Shown: one piece after another, positions 27,020 to 36,382 of the stretch
Layout: every line of letters starts with the position of its first letter
How positions within the stretch are numbered: position 1 is the stretch's first letter
From: a virus
DNA length: 64,000 bases
Reading direction: 5' to 3' (one strand)
IMG/VR virus record: IMGVR_UViG_3300029286_002355
Span: 1 to 64,000 of that record
The notes under the pieces: generated by a model
The model's database searches: none
The model's input: the letters and a program-made list of their open reading frames with translations, nothing else
What the model was told of the DNA's origin: nothing
Program-made: the position numbers and the translations under genes

Positions 27020-28150
27020 TTACTCCTTTCCATATGTTAGTTGAAACCTTCGAGAAATTGCCTTAATAGAAAGCCTTCCACCCCTAAGAGCATAACTTGT
27101 CATTTCCTTTACGGGCCTGATGACTACCCCTTCCGCAGGAGTCCCATTCGCATAGTTTTGAGCATCAGCAAATTCAACTAGTTCATCCACGGTCTTCCAT
27201 TTGAAAACTCCAACATAAATAACAGGAACCCTAGGAATATTATGAGTATCGCAGAAAGAAACAAAATCAGCATAGTCAAGATACCTGTGTCCCAAGATGC
27301 TAAATACATCAAAAGCCGCAATTTGAACATCTTTCATTCCCAGTTTGTTTCCTTGGACTCCATTGCCGTAAATTTCACTTTGTAATGCGCTATTTGTTCC
27401 TTTAAGGATATCAATAATGCCATACTTTTTAGTCATGTTCCAATAGGTGTTACCCTCTGTATCCTTTAGCTCAATGTTTCTAGAACATACACCAAAAATA
27501 TGACCTTCGGCAATGTTTTCTGTCTTGCTGTAGGCGGTAAAGCTCGTTCCGTCTATTTTTGTGGTCACATAGACTTCTACTCCCTGAAGCTCTTCAATGG
27601 TTCCGGGATAGGCTTGCACTCGATGTACGTCTGTTTTAATAAGAAATCCGGGGAAGTTCCCTTTCATCAATCCCTTAAGTTCGGCGGGAATATCGGGAGT
27701 ATATTGTGTAACCCCAAAGAACTCTCCGACATCATCATCAACAGAATGAACAGCCTTAGTGATTCCAAGCTTGATTTTGGCTTCCATGTAGGCACAATAT
27801 TTATCATTGTCAATAATAGAAAGGGGCATAGCCAAACCTTGCGAAACTTGGCCCCTCAACTTTACGGTTTTCAATCTAATAGGTTTATCGGGACGGTTCT
27901 TATCAACAAGAAACTCATTCCAAGTATCTTTTTTAAGAATGGAATCTACCTCAAAATAAACGCAAAGATCGCCAACATTGAATTCACCTTTCTTGACTAC
28001 AACTTTCCATCCAAGAACAGAAGCGCATTCAATCTTGTCGGCATTCGGGATAGGATCAAGGGCAGTAACCTTCTGAATGGTTGCGAGATGACGAACCACT
28101 TCAACCTTCTCTTCCACTTTTTCTTTTACTTCTGTAGTATTCTCGTCCAT
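27020..28150 (-). CDS. ATP-dependent RNA ligase, Rnl2/DRB0094 family with N-terminal OB fold
   Basis: LATIQKVTALDPIPNADKIE, TKIDGTS, SEIYG, AFDV, EGVVIR, IKAIS. Confidence 0.88.
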   Translation of the reverse strand: MDENTTEVKEKVEEKVEVVRHLATIQKVTALDPIPNADKIECASVLGWKVVVKKGEFNVGDLCVYFEVDSILKKDTWNEFLVDKNRPDKPIRLKTVKLRGQVSQGLAMPLSIIDNDKYCAYMEAKIKLGITKAVHSVDDDVGEFFGVTQYTPDIPAELKGLMKGNFPGFLIKTDVHRVQAYPGTIEELQGVEVYVTTKIDGTSFTAYSKTENIAEGHIFGVCSRNIELKDTEGNTYWNMTKKYGIIDILKGTNSALQSEIYGNGVQGNKLGMKDVQIAAFDVFSILGHRYLDYADFVSFCDTHNIPRVPVIYVGVFKWKTVDELVEFADAQNYANGTPAEGVVIRPVKEMTSYALRGGRLSIKAISRRFQLTYGKE

Positions 28151-28151
28151 A

Positions 28152-28373
28152 TTACTTCCTCAACTTTATTTCATCAATTTTATCAGCAATTTCCCTAAGC
28201 TCGCTAGACCTAAACATAGTCTCTTCCCCGCAAACAAAAAAATACAAATTATCCCCTTTGAAAATTCTTGGATTAGCCCTTACAATATTGCCCCACCATT
28301 GCGAACCTTTAATCAGTTTTCGGTAAACCCTAACATCACTTTTCTTACCTACTTTTTGAGTTACAAATTGCAT
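28152..28373 (-). CDS. hypothetical protein
   Basis: ORF in gene train. Confidence 0.6.
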   Translation of the reverse strand: MQFVTQKVGKKSDVRVYRKLIKGSQWWGNIVRANPRIFKGDNLYFFVCGEETMFRSSELREIADKIDEIKLRK

Positions 28374-28588
28374 TACTTCACCTTTGCATCGATTGATTCC
28401 AAAGAGGTTGCGATACGTTCCAATGCTCTTGTTTGCTTGGCATATTCCCCTGACTGAACCCTCATGGATATAGCACTATCTACTCCCGGTGCAACCCAAG
28501 CTCTAGGAGAACAACCAACAAATTTTCCTAGAACCAATACCAAAACCAAAACAACTGCCGAAATTATAGCCGTTCTCTTAATATTCAT
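28373..28588 (-). CDS. small membrane or lipoprotein
   Basis: Signal-like N-terminus ending in FVGC. Confidence 0.6.
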   Translation of the reverse strand: MNIKRTAIISAVVLVLVLVLGKFVGCSPRAWVAPGVDSAISMRVQSGEYAKQTRALERIATSLESIDAKVK

Positions 28589-28600
28589 TTCTTCTCCTTT

Positions 28601-28816
28601 TTATCCCACATCTATTCCGTCTTTGTAAATCTGCAAATCTCTAAGCTTTAACCACTCTTTTTTAAGATAATCGGGTTTCCCCACCGCCTTAGTCCAAAGA
28701 GTGTGGAAAATGGTCTTAGTTTCTGACCAAGGAATATTTTGCCCTTCATTACCTGATATCTTTTTTTGCTTCATGTGCCTTTCTTGGCTTATACAGTCGA
28801 ATATGTATTGAGCCAC
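28601..28816 (-). CDS. hypothetical protein
   Basis: ORF; real start uncertain. Confidence 0.5.
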   Translation of the reverse strand: MAQYIFDCISQERHMKQKKISGNEGQNIPWSETKTIFHTLWTKAVGKPDYLKKEWLKLRDLQIYKDGIDVG

Positions 28817-28928
28817 ATGTTTTGCAACTAGAAAATTTCAACGGATAGGCTTTCGGTTGCTCGTTAATATATCCGCAATCGTCACATTCAACTTGTTTTT
28901 GGGGGTATGTTCCAAAAAACTTTTTCAT
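28749..28928 (-). CDS. 59-aa zinc-ribbon protein (not in the ORF track)
   Basis: MKKFFGTYPQKQVECDDCG..CKTCGS.. Confidence 0.6.
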   Translation of the reverse strand: MKKFFGTYPQKQVECDDCGYINEQPKAYPLKFSSCKTCGSIHIRLYKPRKAHEAKKDIR

Positions 28929-28940
28929 TTCATATATTAC

Positions 28941-30306
28941 GAGCGGAAACCCCGATATCTTTAGTGTCGGGGAGGTAAGCGAGTTACTAACTTACTTTCC
29001 ACTACTCCTTTCTTTAGCCATTATTATACATTAATATCTCCCAAATTCAAGCAAAAAGAAATATTAAAATAATAGAAGGAATTTGTATAATAATTAAAGA
29101 AAGTAATATATATGAAAACATACAATGTTCAACTTGAGTTTCAGAGCGAAGAAGACAAAGATCTTCTTCTCGCTACCTTTGAAGTTCATAAGAATATTTG
29201 GAATTATACCTCTAAATACGTCTTTGCCCATAAACTGAAGGCTTGGGGCAAAGACGTTCACGAAGCTACTTACCACAAATGCAGAAAGAAATTCCCTACC
29301 TCTCCTTCCCAAATTATAATTAGAGCAAGAGAGGATGTTGTAGCTACTTTCAAAACCATAAAGTCTAACAATCATAAGATTGAAGAATGTCCAGTTAAAA
29401 CTCATTATTCAATAAGATTGGACAAGAGGCTTTATACTTTACAAAGGGATTCAATCAAACTAACTACAGTAGAAAAAAGGATAATTTGTAAACTCAAACT
29501 CTATAAGAAACTTGAAGAGTTATTTAAGTATGAGGTTAAAGATCCATTAATTTTTGTTAGAAACAATCAGATTTATTTAGCCTTAACCTTTGATACTCCT
29601 GAGCCTATATTCAATCCCAATCAATGCGTTGGAATTGATTTGGGATTGAATCGTATTGCAGTAACTTCAGAAGGTAAAATAATTTCAGGTAGTAATTACA
29701 TTAGAACCAAAAGAAAAATCAGATATTTAAAGAGATGTTTACAACGCAAGAAAAAATTAAGAGTTAAGAAATCTGATTCAGCAAGAAAACATTTGAGAAA
29801 ACTAAAAAGAAAAGAACTCAATTATTCCAAAAATTATATCCACCATTTGGCTAATGAACTACTTAAAACTAATTGTAATACTTTAGTTTTAGAAGATCTT
29901 AGTTCCCTCAAAGACCATAGCAAAGGAAGATTACAAAATAATAAATTATCTCAAGTTCCATTTTTCCAGTTACTAACAATATTAAAATACAAGGCACAAG
30001 CTCTAGGTAAAAGAGTAGAAACTGTTAATCCTGCTTATACCTCTAAAGATGACTATAGAGGAATTGAAAAAGGCATAAGAAAAGGATGTAGGTATTATGC
30101 ATCAGATAAGGTAGTTCTTGATGCAGACCTCAACGCTTCCATAAATATTGGGAAGCGTTGGGGTGATAAAAATAAACTTCCTGTTTCGTTTGTAGTCCCC
30201 TTAGACGGGAAATACAAACTAAATGGGCAGGCTGTGTGTCAACCAGCCAATCGTTTAGTGCCTTTGACTAGACAAGCCCAGACATCTTTAGTGTCTGGGT
30301 AGTTGA
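28941..30306 (+). mobile_element. tnpB-only IS200/IS605 (IS1341-like) element
   Basis: Left end GAGCGGAAACCCCGATA-TCTTTAG-TGTCGGGG after TTAC; right end CCCAGACA-TCTTTAG-TGTCTGGG-TAGTTGA. Confidence 0.85.
29112..30302 (+). CDS. tnpB: TnpB nuclease (zinc finger absent)
   Basis: GIDLG, VLEDL, PAYTSK, DADLNAS. Confidence 0.9.
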   Translation: MKTYNVQLEFQSEEDKDLLLATFEVHKNIWNYTSKYVFAHKLKAWGKDVHEATYHKCRKKFPTSPSQIIIRAREDVVATFKTIKSNNHKIEECPVKTHYSIRLDKRLYTLQRDSIKLTTVEKRIICKLKLYKKLEELFKYEVKDPLIFVRNNQIYLALTFDTPEPIFNPNQCVGIDLGLNRIAVTSEGKIISGSNYIRTKRKIRYLKRCLQRKKKLRVKKSDSARKHLRKLKRKELNYSKNYIHHLANELLKTNCNTLVLEDLSSLKDHSKGRLQNNKLSQVPFFQLLTILKYKAQALGKRVETVNPAYTSKDDYRGIEKGIRKGCRYYASDKVVLDADLNASINIGKRWGDKNKLPVSFVVPLDGKYKLNGQAVCQPANRLVPLTRQAQTSLVSG

Positions 30307-30313
30307 CATTGTT

Positions 30314-30342
30314 ACTATAACAGAAAGCCTTGAAGAAATCAA
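30314..30342 (-). promoter_or_regulatory. sigma70-type promoter
   Basis: TTGATT-N17-TATAGT, TTCTGT before the -10. Confidence 0.55.
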
Positions 30343-30350
30343 GTCTTATT

Positions 30351-30602
30351 TTATCTTTCCATAGTAATCGAATTGGACTTAGGCAGGGCTACGCAAAAGC
30401 ACTCCCCGTAATGGCTAAACTTATAAATATTAAAATTTTCTATCTCTCTAATCTTTGTTTCACATAGAGACCAAGAATTTTTAGCGTTCGTCTCTCTACT
30501 TTTATCGACTATAAACGAAGTTGCGGCTATAGTGGCAAACAAACCAATAATTACAACGGTAAGCATAAGAATATATGTTGCGAATGATTTATTTAGTTTC
30601 AT
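30351..30602 (-). CDS. degenerate prepilin-like paralog
   Basis: TM helix plus C-terminal EI.N..IY.F..VALPKSNSITMER shared with neighbours. Confidence 0.6.
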   Translation of the reverse strand: MKLNKSFATYILMLTVVIIGLFATIAATSFIVDKSRETNAKNSWSLCETKIREIENFNIYKFSHYGECFCVALPKSNSITMER

Positions 30603-30832
30603 GGTTTCTCCAATTCTTTTTTAGGTACTGCCACATAATGTTCTCCACCACGATCCCTAAATCGGTATATTTCGTAATCGTTTATTTCCCCTACTTTTAC
30701 CTCAAGCAAATTATTAGGACTTTCTGCTCTTTTTTTGGCATCTATAAACGAAGGAAGGGCTATAGCAACAAGCAAACCAAGAATTGCAATGACAATCGCA
30801 ACCTCTAACCACGTAAATCCTGCTTTTTTCAT
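30599..30832 (-). CDS. type IV prepilin-like protein
   Basis: MKKAG-FTWLEVAIVIAILGLLVAIALP; start moved to the ATGA overlap. Confidence 0.8.
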   Translation of the reverse strand: MKKAGFTWLEVAIVIAILGLLVAIALPSFIDAKKRAESPNNLLEVKVGEINDYEIYRFRDRGGEHYVAVPKKELEKP

Positions 30833-31107
30833 GGCCTCTCCAAAGTTATCGAGTTTGTTTTGGAAATTGGAATTGGAATTGCAACACAATGCATACCACT
30901 TATAGCCCATATATTGTACCCATCAATTTCACATATTTTCTTAATCTGTAGTCTTTCTTTTTGCTTCTCGTTAAATTGTTCGGGTGTCATATTTTCCATT
31001 GTTTTCTTATTTTTTGCCTCTACAAACAAAGGAATGGCTATAGCGGCAATGAGTCCCAATATTGCTGTTATAATCATTGCTTCCACCAAGGTAAATGCTT
31101 TTTTCAT
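30829..31107 (-). CDS. type IV prepilin-like protein
   Basis: MKKA-FTLVEAMIITAILGLIAAIAIP. Confidence 0.8.
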   Translation of the reverse strand: MKKAFTLVEAMIITAILGLIAAIAIPLFVEAKNKKTMENMTPEQFNEKQKERLQIKKICEIDGYNIWAISGMHCVAIPIPISKTNSITLERP

Positions 31108-31114
31108 ATTCTCC

Positions 31115-31495
31115 TTATCGTATTTGGGTTATATTAGCACCATAATAATTAACAGCAATAATTATGTCACCATACCGTCCATCTCCGCCCCATCCATCCG
31201 AATATCTAGCCTTATAAAAAGTAGTCCCATGAAGGACAAACATTTTTTCCACATTGTATTTCTTGAGAGCTACTTCGTTCACTTCGTTCTCTGAAAGCGG
31301 GACAGCAACCTTATTTTCGTAGGTTGTATTGGTAACTACTGTTCCGTTTTCTTGCTTCTCTAGAACAATTGTTGGCTGATTAATTTGATGTCGTCGTTTC
31401 AATGCTTCTTTAATGGCAGGTATTAACATTCCCGCTAATATTCCAACAATGGCTATAACTACCAAAAGCTCTATCAATGTGAATGCTTTTTTCAT
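31115..31495 (-). CDS. type IV prepilin-like protein
   Basis: MKKA-FTLIELLVVIAIVGILAGMLIPAI. Confidence 0.85.
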   Translation of the reverse strand: MKKAFTLIELLVVIAIVGILAGMLIPAIKEALKRRHQINQPTIVLEKQENGTVVTNTTYENKVAVPLSENEVNEVALKKYNVEKMFVLHGTTFYKARYSDGWGGDGRYGDIIIAVNYYGANITQIR

Positions 31496-31513
31496 TTTTA
31501 TTCCTTTCTGTTT

Positions 31514-32380
31514 TTAGAAACCATAAGTCAATCCAACCTTCCCGACAACCTCATCCCCCGAACCGTAAATTGCTTTAGCCCCACTCTTAATTTTTGAGTC
31601 CAGCAAATCTACATACCGAATACTGGCTACCAAACCTACTTGTGATATTGGGGAAACGTTTAGGGTTAATCCACTTGACCAATCGTTAATGGCATCATCC
31701 GCAACAGCAAAATAGAATTCGTTATAATTTTCGTTTCCGAATCCTAGCCCTGTATCTACGGTTGCCGAAATCTTATCTAGTAATTGAATGGTATGACCAA
31801 TACTTGCTACTCCATAAAAACCCTTAGCTTCTTTAAAATCGTAATAAAGAGCTAATGATGGATTAAACAACACGGAATAGGTTGCGCTAATATATCCTTC
31901 ACGTGTATTGGCAATGTTTTGTCCCGAATAGATATACTCAATAAGACCTGCTCCATAAGTCAATTTCCCTTTCGTGTCTGTATATCCTAGTGTCAAATCG
32001 ACTTCGTTAAACGTGGTATTCTCCGCACCCATATTCCCCCATGTATTGATTGAGAACGAACCGACACTTGTGGGTTTAATAACCGTAACATTGGGCTCAA
32101 GTACGGTTTCGTTTTGGAATACTCGTCCCCTACTCACAAATGACGAAAACATAGGTATTTCCAAGCTTCCAAGAGTAGCGGTTGAATCGGCACTTGCAAT
32201 ATTAAAACTGTTGGTAGTTGCAACAATGAAATTGCTGGTGCTGAGGTTACTTATAGAATTGCTATTGATGGTGTTTAGGTTACTTATAGAATTGCTAAAC
32301 GTATTGCTTTCTGCCCAAGCTCCCGCAACAGAAAACAAAATTAGCATTATTAGGATTCCGACAGTCTTCATGTTTTTCAT
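31514..32380 (-). CDS. outer-membrane beta-barrel protein (TIGR02001/Gcw_chp-like)
   Basis: Signal peptide, S/N/T-rich repeat linker, FVSRG, EVDLTLGY, amphipathic strands, C-terminal F. Confidence 0.75.
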   Translation of the reverse strand: MKNMKTVGILIMLILFSVAGAWAESNTFSNSISNLNTINSNSISNLSTSNFIVATTNSFNIASADSTATLGSLEIPMFSSFVSRGRVFQNETVLEPNVTVIKPTSVGSFSINTWGNMGAENTTFNEVDLTLGYTDTKGKLTYGAGLIEYIYSGQNIANTREGYISATYSVLFNPSLALYYDFKEAKGFYGVASIGHTIQLLDKISATVDTGLGFGNENYNEFYFAVADDAINDWSSGLTLNVSPISQVGLVASIRYVDLLDSKIKSGAKAIYGSGDEVVGKVGLTYGF

Positions 32381-32416
32381 ATTTTACTCCTTTGTATTGT
32401 TTTTCGTAGCTTTTAC

Positions 32417-32773
32417 TTACCATATATCGGGGCCATGATATACCTTACCGTCAACCATATCTCCGTCTTCAATCCACGGAGTATCAATATCGGGATCGGG
32501 ATGGGCCTTCTCTTTCCCAAATTGCTTTTTAAGTCTTTCTTGAACACCTTTTTCTGTCAACATGGCATAGTTGTAACTCTGCTCCCCATTGTTAACGTCA
32601 ATAAACCATTCCATTTTTCCTCCACTCATACCGTAATGAGCACTAGTAATAGTGGCAAGTCCTCCAGAATAATCATCGCTTCCACGTGAAATATGCAACC
32701 TTGATTCTACATAAATCTCGCTTCCAACAACGGGATCTTTCGGCAGACCCTTTGTTTTTTTATTTTTTTCCAT
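32417..32773 (-). CDS. hypothetical protein
   Basis: ORF with SD. Confidence 0.65.
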   Translation of the reverse strand: MEKNKKTKGLPKDPVVGSEIYVESRLHISRGSDDYSGGLATITSAHYGMSGGKMEWFIDVNNGEQSYNYAMLTEKGVQERLKKQFGKEKAHPDPDIDTPWIEDGDMVDGKVYHGPDIW

Positions 32774-32782
32774 GATTTTCCT

Positions 32783-33061
32783 TTATTTAGTTGACATATA
32801 TTCCGTATAGCAAACAAACCCGAATCCTGTCATCTCTCTTCCCTTGACCTTTTTACTCTGCATGGTTGCGCTCATACATATCTTGTAAGCCTTGCGTTTG
32901 AAGTCTCCACTAATAACTCTCATGTTGTTTAAACCGACAAGTCTCACAAACCTATATACATCCTGATTCCCCGTAACAAAACAACTATAGACTCCACCCT
33001 TACGAATCTTATTTAGGATTCGCTTCAGTTTGTTTTTGTCATTGTTTAGATCTGATTTCAT
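32783..33061 (-). CDS. hypothetical protein
   Basis: Start moved to MKSDLNND, downstream of a promoter. Confidence 0.55.
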   Translation of the reverse strand: MKSDLNNDKNKLKRILNKIRKGGVYSCFVTGNQDVYRFVRLVGLNNMRVISGDFKRKAYKICMSATMQSKKVKGREMTGFGFVCYTEYMSTK

Positions 33062-33107
33062 TATTATGGATACATCATAGCAGAATAGAATAAAAAAGCA
33101 AGAGAAA

Positions 33108-33950
33108 TTATTGCAGATGCCAACCATAATAGGGCTTGCCATTTTTAATAGCGATTCTAGATAGTTCTTTTCGATTTAATCCGTATTTTTCGGCAAACTT
33201 ACGCAAGCTAATAACTTCTTCTCTACATCCTCTTTCATTCACAAAAACTATTTTTTTACCAAGTCTCGCAAAAGAAGCCTTACCTTTCATTGTATCTGAT
33301 TTTTTAATTCCTTTTGTTGCCTTAGACATCATTCTCTTGTATTTTGAGGTGTTCTGCCTCTTAATTTTGTCCTCTAGTTGTTCTGGTGTCAATTTCTTTC
33401 CAGTCATAATTCTTGATATTTTTTCCTTAAACTCTTTTGATTTTAGAACGGCAATACGCTTAGTATCATCTCTGACTTTGGCAGATTTTCTCATTCTTTT
33501 TATTGTCTTTTCAGTATGCTTGCTCCCTAGTCTGTGCCTCCTAGTGCATTCTCCAATTTCTTTTGCCCTGCTTCTAGATATAGCTTGTAATTTCGCTATT
33601 GTTTCCGGCGTATGTTTCCTACCACTCATCGGAGCAGTAGCATTAGAGCAAATATTATAGCAGTAATCCTTACCGATGTTTGAATCAAGTACCTTTTGCT
33701 CTTCTTTTATAGCCTTGGAGTGGCGAAGAACTTTAACAATAACAAAAGAAAAATTTTCGTCTCCATACTTGTTATATGCCCCTTGCAAATGCGGGTTTGA
33801 GTGCCTGTTTTTTCTTAGAAGATCTAGATGCTTAGAAAAACGTTTTGAAAAACTATTTTTTGTAGATCCAACATACCATTTGCCGTTAATCTCGTTGATA
33901 ATTGTGTATAAACCAGATTTCCCCATTAATTCTTTATTACATGTCTTCAT
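33108..33950 (-). CDS. GIY-YIG homing endonuclease with NUMOD3 repeats
   Basis: SGLYTI..WYVGS..RF..H, GRKHTPET, GSKHTEKT. Confidence 0.88.
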   Translation of the reverse strand: MKTCNKELMGKSGLYTIINEINGKWYVGSTKNSFSKRFSKHLDLLRKNRHSNPHLQGAYNKYGDENFSFVIVKVLRHSKAIKEEQKVLDSNIGKDYCYNICSNATAPMSGRKHTPETIAKLQAISRSRAKEIGECTRRHRLGSKHTEKTIKRMRKSAKVRDDTKRIAVLKSKEFKEKISRIMTGKKLTPEQLEDKIKRQNTSKYKRMMSKATKGIKKSDTMKGKASFARLGKKIVFVNERGCREEVISLRKFAEKYGLNRKELSRIAIKNGKPYYGWHLQ

Positions 33951-34028
33951 AATATAACCTCCTAGTGTTATTGCTGTTCGGTTATATTATACAACAAATT
34001 CGCCCCAATAACCTTTAGGATAATTCAA

Positions 34029-35339
34029 TTATTTTCCAGAGGGACTAAACTCCACCAGATAGTTAAGACGACATTGACTTGTACGAAACACTATCATTTC
34101 GTTGTTCATGACTCCACTCTGATGGGCTTTTGCAAAATAACTATCATGACCAGTAGGCGGATTGCGACTACATGGACCAGAAGGAACGTAGTAATTACCC
34201 ATTGCAACAGAACAAATAAACATAAACGGATTGTTGTCTTTCGCCCCACCACTCCAATAATTTGTTGCATAGTTTAACGATTTTGTGCTTTGATCGGAGA
34301 AATAAAGTCCATTGTGGAACATCCTGCCGCAGACATGTGGAGAGCTAGCAGGAGGAATAATAAGTCCAGCCCTTAATATTGACAATAGATTACTACACTT
34401 CGTGCCATGCCACAAATCCCAAATATTAGACATCTTAGCTCCGTCTTTTATAAAGGCAGAACTTACCGTATTAATATCAACCGAATAGACCATTTTAACA
34501 TCAAGATTGGCAGACTGATGAACGCTTTGCCAAGTCTTTTTGTAAAATTTACGTATTCTATCAATTTCCTTGCCATCTTCGACAAGGTGAAGCTGGCAAT
34601 CGAAAACTTTTTCCTCTGGAGCAACAACAGCTTTCGTACCATTAACAGGAATAGATGTTGCCGAAACAAGAGATGCTTGTAAACTATCCAAAATTTGCTT
34701 TTGGGCTTGAACCTTAGCAAGATCGCTCCACCACTCCCTAACATCTAATTTTCTATGTCCAATATCGCTAGGTATTAGCATAAGGTAATCATTTGTTTTT
34801 CGCCCCAGATCAATCCCGTAATTTTTTGCCACAACCATGTCTGCAATTTCCTCTAGAATACCGCTGGCAGCATCAATAGTTTTCTGCCCGACCACATCAC
34901 CTGTTGCTGTTGTAAATAAGCCAGTTGTATCATTATATACAATTTTTCCGCCTGTTGATGTCATAATTGAATGGGCGTTTTCTTTAACCAGCCTATCAAT
35001 CAGTTTGGTAACAAGAGGATTATTAGATTTAATTTGACTATGGGCAATGTTTTTTAAATCAGGCGAATTATGATTAACACTTTTGGTTGATGTGGAAGAA
35101 GATGGAGTTCCTACACTTTCTATAACTCTATAGCCCTTCCCCTCTTTTTCCCTCAGCTTTTTTTCTAGAAATGAAACGCCTGCCCCCGGAAACTCTTTAG
35201 ATTGACCAGAATCCCCCACTCGTCCCCATCTTGTAATAACCATTCCGTCACTATAGAGTTCGCCAGTCCAAAACTTATTATGGTTTTCCTCAACGCAATC
35301 GGTCATAATTCTTTTTTCAACTCTGATAGGCGTAGCCAT
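34029..35339 (-). CDS. PARP-family ADP-ribosyltransferase with WGR and regulatory domains
   Basis: RWGRVG (WGR), YLMLIP, LWHGT, GRMFHNGLYF..SLNY, NNEMIVF (H-Y-E triad); start moved to MATPIRV. Confidence 0.9.
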   Translation of the reverse strand: MATPIRVEKRIMTDCVEENHNKFWTGELYSDGMVITRWGRVGDSGQSKEFPGAGVSFLEKKLREKEGKGYRVIESVGTPSSSTSTKSVNHNSPDLKNIAHSQIKSNNPLVTKLIDRLVKENAHSIMTSTGGKIVYNDTTGLFTTATGDVVGQKTIDAASGILEEIADMVVAKNYGIDLGRKTNDYLMLIPSDIGHRKLDVREWWSDLAKVQAQKQILDSLQASLVSATSIPVNGTKAVVAPEEKVFDCQLHLVEDGKEIDRIRKFYKKTWQSVHQSANLDVKMVYSVDINTVSSAFIKDGAKMSNIWDLWHGTKCSNLLSILRAGLIIPPASSPHVCGRMFHNGLYFSDQSTKSLNYATNYWSGGAKDNNPFMFICSVAMGNYYVPSGPCSRNPPTGHDSYFAKAHQSGVMNNEMIVFRTSQCRLNYLVEFSPSGK

Positions 35340-35355
35340 TTTAGTTCTCCTATTT

Positions 35356-35565
35356 TTACAGATTTTCAGTTGAGATATCTTTAAACTCACCCTTTAATAC
35401 AGCCTTGTGCATTTCAAGAGCATCTCCGGCAACCTGTTCATTGATTTCATTGGTGACGAAACCTTTTCCTATAACGCCAAACTTCTTTCTCAAGGCGTTA
35501 AGTTCTTCGATAACCGTCAATCCTCTCATTGGTATTTTGACAATCTTATTTCTTCCCTTTTTCAT
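35356..35565 (-). CDS. hypothetical protein
   Basis: ORF in gene train. Confidence 0.55.
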   Translation of the reverse strand: MKKGRNKIVKIPMRGLTVIEELNALRKKFGVIGKGFVTNEINEQVAGDALEMHKAVLKGEFKDISTENL

Positions 35566-35619
35566 TTTGATAAAACCATCATAACCTATTTCGACATAAA
35601 TTGCAAGCTTTTTCTTTGT

Positions 35620-35976
35620 CTACATTGCTTCGTATCCGCCACATATTTGTAAAAATCTAGACCACTCATCTATAAAATCGGAAAAATCTTTTAGTGATCC
35701 GCTAAACAGATCTTTATTTTCCTGATACAATGCCTGTCTGGTTTTTTCATCTAAGGCTTTTATTTTTTTGGCCGCTTCCCTACTTTCCTTGGCGTTAATC
35801 TTAAACGGGGTTTCTTTGTTGCCATATTTTTCCCATAACACTTTTGAATAAAAACCCGCTTCCCACGATATGATGCCCAAGAGATTTGCTCCTGCCGAAT
35901 TAACATCAAAATAGTGTCCTCCACAACTATTTTTGTAATTAAGCTTTTTTTTGTTCGGATAATATTGTCGGCTCAT
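35620..35976 (-). CDS. hypothetical protein
   Basis: ORF in gene train. Confidence 0.65.
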   Translation of the reverse strand: MSRQYYPNKKKLNYKNSCGGHYFDVNSAGANLLGIISWEAGFYSKVLWEKYGNKETPFKINAKESREAAKKIKALDEKTRQALYQENKDLFSGSLKDFSDFIDEWSRFLQICGGYEAM

Positions 35977-35977
35977 T

Positions 35978-36379
35978 TTATTCCTTTGTTACCAGCTTCT
36001 TTAACCGCTCAACTTCTGCTTCTGAGGTTTTCAAATTTAGAACAGCCCTATCATAATCCATTTTGGCATGAAACGCAAGGTTTTTCTTTTGTTGAAGCAA
36101 CTTTTTTTCAGCCTGCTTCTTTACACGTTCTTCTTCGTTATGGATTTTTGTAGCCGAAACCGTAAATTCAACTATTTCGGGAACACCAAACTCAGGATAG
36201 GCATTAGAGAAATAGGTAACTTGTGTTCTTGCCCCACCGATTCTGGTATAGAGTCTTGCGCCTTTCAATTCAACCCAAGTTTCTCCGTATCCGCCATAGC
36301 CTTTTCTGCGAAACCACTTGCCCTCTTTGTTTCTAACCGCAAAAAAGCTTAGGTCATTTGATTTAATATTCTTTGCCAT
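35978..36379 (-). CDS. hypothetical protein
   Basis: ORF with GGAGG SD. Confidence 0.7.
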   Translation of the reverse strand: MAKNIKSNDLSFFAVRNKEGKWFRRKGYGGYGETWVELKGARLYTRIGGARTQVTYFSNAYPEFGVPEIVEFTVSATKIHNEEERVKKQAEKKLLQQKKNLAFHAKMDYDRAVLNLKTSEAEVERLKKLVTKE

Positions 36380-36382
36380 AAT

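Noticed and set aside
27500-28198. 232-aa plus-strand ORF and the other plus-strand ORFs opposite real genes
   Set aside because: Antisense shadows lacking SD or motifs; only the tnpB genes are credible on the plus strand.
30306-30326. TnpB guide (right flank) resembling the promoter at 59696-59710
   Set aside because: The match covers only the shared promoter motif, not the flank-proximal seed; self-targeting is not supported.
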